DNA from: the human T2T-CHM13v2.0 reference genome, Homo sapiens
NCBI RefSeq assembly: GCF_009914755.1
Contig: NC_060932.1
Reading direction: 5' to 3' (one strand)
Length of the DNA: 64,000 nt
Below, piece after piece: positions 56,901-64,000 of this stretch. Both the position numbers and the translations under genes were made by a program. A model generated the notes under the pieces. It saw nothing but the letters and a program-made list of their open reading frames with translations. It was not told the DNA's origin and did not search any database. How positions within the stretch are numbered: position 1 is the stretch's first letter; every line of letters begins with the position of its first letter.

Positions 56901-58405
56901 CCACACCCAGGCCCTGGCCTGCCGGAAGCCCAAGATCAGGGAGAGGAGGGTCCTTTCTCATGAGAATGAGCAGATGACAACTCACTGCATTCTTCCCCAG
57001 CATCGGCTTAGAATGAAAGGTAGAAACCCATAGTCCCACCACGGAGGTGTCATCCTGCACCCCAAGCCTGATGATCTGCCCATTCCATTCTTTGAGGAGA
57101 GAGAGGGCGAAGGGAGAGAAAGCCCCAGCCCTTCCCGCATTTTAAACACCTGGCAGGTTATCCCAGGCCGAATAGGACCCGTGGCTGAGCCCGGGCCCAC
57201 TGGATACCCTGCTCTAGTTAAAGTACATCTCTCTGCAGCATTCAGAAAATAGCTATCTACAGTATTGTTTTCAGCTATAATGGAAAACTGATGGCTTTTA
57301 TCTCCCCAACTTTATGACTATTGATGGGATAGAGGCTGAGGTTTGATGACCATTTAATAGCCGACCCCGCGCAGTTAGAGGAGCATCAGAAAGCAATGAA
57401 AGCGCCGAGATGATTGTCTGGCAGAGACTCCTCCGCTGAGGTCCAGGAAGCAAAACAACCACCCTCCCCAGGCTCCGACAAAAGAAAAAAAATCAAAGTC
57501 ATCATCATTTCTGTTTCTTTCCCCTCCTTTCTGCCATTGACCTCTGGGAGGTGGATCCACAGGGGAGGGAGGGCAGGGGACCAAAACGATGCAGGCCTGA
57601 GTCCTCATGGAGAAAGGGGACCGTGCTTTCTGAACTGGGGGCCTCCACCGAAGGGCTCCCCAAGACCCCAACCCCTTCCTTCCAAGCCTGCAGCGTGCAG
57701 TGGACCGGCCTGGCTTCTGGAAGAAGCAGAGGGGCTTGGGGCACTCTGTTGGGCTCCCTGGGAAACAGCTGGAAGAAAAGGGAAGGAAGCAGAGGCAGTT
57801 TCCCTTTTGCCAAGATTGGGCTAGCCTGAAATCCAGCTGGTGTTAGACCTTCTACCCGCAGCTAGAAGCCAGAAGCCACTGCCAGGGCTCCACACGTATC
57901 CAAGCACCCAGCCTTCCTTGCCACTCTGCCCCTGCTGCCTTCTGGGGGTCTACCCAACATGCAGACCTTTCTCCTGCTGGAAGCAGACCAGGTCTGCAGG
58001 CCAGCAGAGGCACTGGGAAACATCACATTTTTTAACTTTGCAGCATTCCAACTGCCTTCACAGTGGTTCTCTTTTTTTTCCTGCAACAGCCTAGTGAGGT
58101 GTTCTGGACAGATTTGATTCTGTCCATTCTTTTTCATAATGAAACTAAAGGTCAAAGATGGGATATCTCCCAAGTCTGGGACCCAGGTTTTTGACTCACT
58201 GTCCAGTTCGCCCTGTGCCATGGAAGCTGCCTCGAAGAACAGGGCACCTGCCCAGGGAGGCGAGACTTGACCTTTTGTCTGGGTCCTGTCACTCCTTAGC
58301 TGGATGACACTGGGCAAATAATTTTACCTCTCTGGACTTCAGCTTCTTTCGTCTATCAGATGAAATTCTGCTGTGATGATCTTTTATATCTCCTCTGTTT
58401 CAAGG

Positions 58406-58807
58406 TGTGAAAGGAAAATATCTTGGCCTCCAAAATCACTAAGCTAAAGGGAAAATTCAAGCTGGGAACTGCCCAGGGCAAACCTGCCTCCCATTCTATT
58501 CAGAGTCATCCCTCTGCTCACTGAGAACAGAAGCTCCAAAGAATGCAACCCTTTGTCTCTCACCTTTTGGAAGCCCCCTCCCCGCTTTAAGTTGTCCCGC
58601 CTTCTGGACCAAACCAATGTTCCTCTTACATATACTGATTGATGTCTCATGTCTCCCTAAAATGTATAAAACCAAGCTGTGCCCTGAACACCTCGGGCAC
58701 ATGTCATCAGGACCTCCTAAGGCTGTGTCACGGGCTCACATCCTCAGCCTTGGCAAAATAAACTTTCTAAATTGACTGAGATCTGTCTCAAATTTTCAGG
58801 GTTCACA
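58406..58807 (+). mobile_element. MER4A-type ERV1 solo LTR
   Basis: tgtgaaaggaaaata...cactaagctaaagggaaa...tgtataaaaccaagctgt...ggcaaaataaactttctaaattgactgaga...gttcaca; TG...CA ends, 4-bp TSD aagg. Confidence 0.85.
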
Positions 58808-59248
58808 AAGGTGAAGTCTTGCATCCCGTGGAGTCCATCAACCATGTTTTCAGGCACAACGATGTCTTCCAAGGCCCCACAGCCACTGCCTTTCTATATA
58901 GCATACATCTATCCCATCGTGAAGGTGTAGAAAGATGTGGAAACCAAGCCCCCCCCCAATCCACCCCTGCCAGGCCCCTTGCTATGCACCATAATACCAG
59001 CGACCACCTCTATCCCAGTTCTCCTTCGCACACACACAGGAGATGAGGCAGAGTGCTTGGGCCAGTAGGCAAGGTGGTCCAGAGCACAGAGAGCCGCTGT
59101 GTGGAGACGAACCCTTCCCCACCCACTGCTGGTGCTGAGTGGTCTCTCTGAGGACCCCCAACTGGGCCAACCTCCTTAAAGGCGAGGTTTCATAAGCCCA
59201 AATGAAAGAAACAACAATATAGCCAGGTGCTCATTGTTGTGTTGTTTT

Positions 59249-59532
59249 CATTTTTCTTGAGACAGGGTCTGTACTCTGTCACCTAGGCTGGAGTGTCATG
59301 GCGTGATCACAGCTCACTGCAGCCTTGCCTGACCTCCAGGGCTCGAGCCGTCCTCCCATCTCAGCTTCCTGAGTAGCCGGGACTACGGGCCCATGCCACC
59401 ACACCCAGATAATTAAAAAAAAAAAAAAATTGTAGAGATGGGCTCTCACTATGTTACCCAGGGCTGCTCTTGAACTCCTGCCTCCCTCTTCAAAGTGTTT
59501 GGATTCCAGGTGTAAGCTAAAGCACCTGGCCA
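59249..59532 (-). mobile_element. AluJ-like
   Basis: gagacagggtct...gatcacagctcactgcagcc; diverged. Confidence 0.85.
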
Positions 59533-60075
59533 CATTCTTGTTGCTTTCAAGAAACTGAAACTGCCCAGAAACACTCCCCACCTGCTGTGAAGACCACTGG
59601 TTCACTCGGGCTCCCTCTCCTCCCTTCACCTTGGGAAGTCCCACGTTGGGGATCCAAGAGCTCTCTGAGGGTCTTACTGCCTGCGCATACCCTTCCCCTG
59701 GAAAGCCTAGCACATGGCTGTTCCCTACCATCTGGCAGGCTCAGGTCCAGACACGCATTTCTTCAATGAGAGTGGATGGACAAGTGTGCAAAGCCAAGCT
59801 GTTCAAGCATCCACAGGGACACACACCCATCAGGAAAAAACAGACTCTCATAAAAAGCCAGTGGGAAAATGTTAACAATGTATTTAGAGAGAAAAAAAAA
59901 TAGCCTACAAAACAACACATACTGTGTGACATCATTTTTGTTCAAATATGTATATGCACCTAAAAAAATAGCTGCAAGTTACATTCTCCAAAATGTTAGC
60001 CATGGCTTATTTTGGGGTGTTAGGATTGAAGATAATTTCTAGTTTCTTTAGGTATACCTTTCTGTCTTGTCCGAT

Positions 60076-60372
60076 TTTTTTTTTAATTTTTCAGAGACAG
60101 GGTCTCACTCTGTTGCTGGGCTGCAATGCAGTGGCAAGATCATAGCTCACAGCAGCCTCGAACTCCTGGGTCCAAGCGATCCTTCCATCTCAGCCTCTCA
60201 AGTGGCTGGGACTAGAGCCAGGCACCACCGTATCTGGCTAATTTTTTCCTTTGTATTTTTAATAGAGACAGTGTCTCACTATGTTGCCCAGGCTGGTCTC
60301 AATCTCCTGGCCTCAAGCAATCCTCCTGCCAAAGTGCTGGCATTACTGGCATGAGCTACTGTGCTCTGTCCT
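60076..60372 (-). mobile_element. AluJ-like
   Basis: gagacagggtctcactctg...gatcatagctcacagcagcctcgaactcctgg. Confidence 0.85.
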
Positions 60373-60617
60373 GAAATTATTTTTATAATGAGCACATAGG
60401 GCTTTTATAATCAACAAAGCAGTAAAGTGAATTTCATTTTGAGAATTAGGGAGAAAAAATAAGAGAAAAGAAGGAAAGGAAGAAATGAGGGGAGGGGAGG
60501 GGAGGGGAGGAGAGGGGAGGGGAGGGGAGGCCTCCAAGAGCACATCATCTATTCCTTTCACCTGTCCCAAGAAACAGCAGGTCCGAGTTACACATGCTCA
60601 GAAGGGACCTAAAAGAG

Positions 60618-61057
<440 letters not shown>

Positions 61058-61714
61058 CTGGCTGGAATTGAGGACTGGTAGGTGTGGTGCCTGGGAGGAA
61101 CAGGGGAGCCCCTGCCTGTTCAGTGTCTTCCAGGACATCCCAAAGCTCCAACCTTACGCGCACAGACTCTCCTCCCTCAGCCGGCACCTTCAGCCCTGAG
61201 CAGTACAGTCCCGCCGTCCAGGAGGCTCAGTCCTGCCTCCCCCTCCTGTCCTCTTCTCCCAGAAGCCTCCGCCCAAGACAGCCTCCCTCCCTCTGGTCCC
61301 CGCCGCAGGACCCTGTCTCCACACCACTCTCCCTGGCTCTCCCAGCCTCACAGCTTCCCTTCTCAGAATGCCTACATCGAGCAGTTTAATCCTTACAACA
61401 CCTAATCAAACAGGGCCTCCTCTTCATAGTTAACAGTGGTTCACACGGGTGAGCCCTGTCTCCCCAAACGAGCTGAAACACTCTTTGAAGGAATGATGTT
61501 TACCATGTGCCTGTGTGCCGGGCCGGATGCTCGCTGCTTTTCATGCATTATTTCCCTTAATCCCATAATCTCCATCCCAAGCCCCTGCCTCTCTCCCAAA
61601 CTCGCAGACACACAAACACTTTTTGGATTTGACATTTCCTCTTGCATGTTCCAAAGGCTTTCAAATAAGTCTGAAACCCAAACATTGTCCCTCCATGCCA
61701 GACAAGGACCACCA

Positions 61715-61820
61715 TCTCCCCCTCCTCATCCCCCTCCCCCTCCTCATCCCCCTCCCCCTGTTCCTCCTCCTCCCCCTCCTCCTCCTCCCCCTCCTCCTCC
61801 TCCCCTCTTCCCCACCCCCT
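61715..61820. repeat. C/T-rich (CCT/CCCCT)n low-complexity tract
   Basis: cctcctcatccccctccccc...; source of the poly-Pro and poly-Glu/Gly ORFs. Confidence 0.85.
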
Positions 61821-62876
61821 TTTCTCAGGTGACAACATCACCAGCCAGCTGGCCACCAGGCCACAGACCTTAGCACCATCCCAAGCTCCCCCGTTCACTG
61901 TCTGCATCCAGTGAGGCCCTGGGAGCTGACCTCTGAAGGTCTCTGAGCACGTACCGTCTGCCCTCTGCCCTCTGCCTTGGTCCTATCTCAGACTCCATCA
62001 CATTTCAGCTTCCTTAAGGGAGTCTCTGTCTCCAGCCTTGCTCTCCTCCAACTCATCTGCACACAGCGGCCAAAGGGATCTTTCTAAAACACTAGTTGAA
62101 TCATGTCTATCTCTTGCTTAAAATACTTCATGGCTCCCCACCGTCTTCTGGGGAAAATCAGACTCCCTGGCCCAGAGTCCACGGCTTTGTGAGCTGGGTC
62201 CCTCTTTCCTCTGGGGTACCTCTAGTTTTACACGCATGTGCCCTCTGCAAGGAACAGAGAGAAGGGCCTCCTCCTAGTATAGGCCTACTCCTCCTTCAAA
62301 CCCAGCTTAGACATCACCTCCAAGAGGCCTTCTCAACAACCCCACCAAGCCTGTGGGGGCCGGCCCCGCATGTGACAGCCAGGGCAAGCCTGTGGGCGCC
62401 TTAGGGAAGGTCTGCGGTTCACTCCAGCATCCCAGGTGCAAGGCTCCCAGACACAGAGCTCCACGAAAGGCCTCCTGAATGGACTCCAGAGCTTCCATGG
62501 AGGTGCTACTGTCCTTATTTTGACAAGGAAAACAGGAGCTCCGTGCTGTGAAGAACATGCCCAGCTCCTGCAGCTGCTGAGTGAGCATCTATTTGACCCC
62601 AGCTCATCAGGATTCTTCTCCTGGGCACGTCCCAGAGATCACAGTGCACCCCCATGGATGGAGGGAAGAAGGGTCACATGCTCCGAAGGGTTCCTCCTGG
62701 ACTCAGAGAATGTGTCTTGGACCAGGGAGAGTAGGGACAGTGATCTCCAAATTTCCCTCTCCCTCTATATGAAGAGCAAATAGCTCACTGCTCCTTTGCT
62801 CATAAGTCAATGTCCTCATTCTGCTCTAAGCAGGAGGATGCCAGTAGTGATCTGATGTGCCCACTCACCTCCAACA

Positions 62877-63105
62877 CCCCTTCCCTGACACTCCTCTAAT
62901 GCTGGCAAGAGGACCTCCAGCCTCTGCACCTGAGGATGGGGAACTCACTACCTAACAAAGCAACTCACCCTAATTTCCATCAAGATCACAGAGTTAGTTA
63001 TCGGCAGGGATAGTGTGAGGATTTAGTGTAACTCCTAATCCAGGACCCCTTCCCCCTGACTTGACTTTGTCCTCTTATTAAGTAACACATTTAGAGAACC
63101 CTGAG
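62877..63105. repeat. Local duplication copy B (uninterrupted)
   Basis: Colinear with 60618-60743 plus 60959-61057. Confidence 0.88.
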
Positions 63106-63801
63106 ATAACAGGGCTACCTGCATGAGGCCTCTGAGTCTTCCATGAGAGACCCCAAAAGGGCCCTGAAGCTGAGAGCTGGATCCAGGACACCCAGGCGCC
63201 ACAAGCCACTTCACAAGAAGGAGAGCAGGGCTGCCTCCCCACTGGGGATGCCCACGTGGAAGGCAGAGCATATCCCAAGGCTGCCACGGGAAAGGCCACA
63301 TCCTCAAAACATCCTGGGCAGGACTTCCACTGCAGGAGCCAGGGGCACCTCTCCAACAGCCCCTGCACTGTTCAAACACCTCCTCGAGGAGGAAGATTGA
63401 AAGCCGAAAAGCAAGGCTCCTCTGGGCAGCCCGAGAGCTGGCTTCTCTAAGGGGCTGGGCCATCAAGGTTGCTCACAAGAGCACAGTGATGTGGAGAAGA
63501 GTCTCTTCCCACACCTGAAGGACTCTTTTAGCCATAGCAGGAGAAGCTGAGTTGGTGGCAGCCATATCGTGGCCCCTCCAAGCCCAGGGAGGACATGGCG
63601 GGTGGGACATTCTAGGGTCCTAAGCACAGTGCAGTGGACAGAGTCAGTATCAAAGACCAACAGTGGTGTGCTCCCCACACTAGAGTCTGTCCCAAGGCTG
63701 AGACTTGCCCAGTGTGATGACAGAGCAGCTGGGACTGGCTCCTCTGCAATGGCAGGGTCACTCTCACTCTCCTGCCTTCCTCGACCTCACTCCACACTTC
63801 C

Positions 63802-63871
63802 CAAAGCCAAACCACTGTTGAGCTCTCCTCAGCCATCAAAGCCAAACTGCTATTGAGCTCTCCTCAGCCAT
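63802..63871. repeat. 35-bp tandem duplication
   Basis: caaagccaaac(cactg/tgcta)ttgagctctcctcagccat x2. Confidence 0.9.
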
Positions 63872-64000
63872 GTCTCCACCCAAAGGGCAAACATCTTCCC
63901 TTTCCACTAATGTCTTTCCCAGAAAGCTCTAACCAACCAACTGGCCAACATTTCTCTAGCCCCGATCAGGTTTCCGTAATCACCAATCCATCAAAACTTC

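Overview
This is mammalian, almost certainly human, genomic DNA: it is Alu-rich, carries a hominid SVA, and encodes a peptide matching the human protein as I recall it. It holds the 3' half of GFRA2 (GDNF family receptor alpha-2, the neurturin co-receptor) on the minus strand. Five coding exons (canonical exons 5-9) have GT-AG boundaries and consistent phases and give the last 199 residues plus stop, including the GPI signal. The 3'UTR has two AATAAA signals (15203 and 13588). Positions 29619-64000 are the large upstream intron and 1-~13.5 kb is downstream flank. The rest is interspersed repeat: ~19 Alus, one full-structure SVA, THE1/MLT1/MER4-type solo LTRs, MER5A/MER53/MER58A, and L1/L2/MIR fragments. 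Nearly all track ORFs are spurious, and I see no convincing novel multi-gene system. The most interesting local features are: (i) a sense-oriented SVA lacking its AATAAA, inserted into a MER53 hairpin whose sense-strand arm is a 20/21 match to mature miR-1302 as I recall it; (ii) a 177-bp inverted copy of a nearby minisatellite flanked by a ~21-bp direct repeat in intron 7; (iii) two old local duplications, one carrying a TSD-less Alu. Repeat subfamily calls are from memory of consensus sequences, not from a search.
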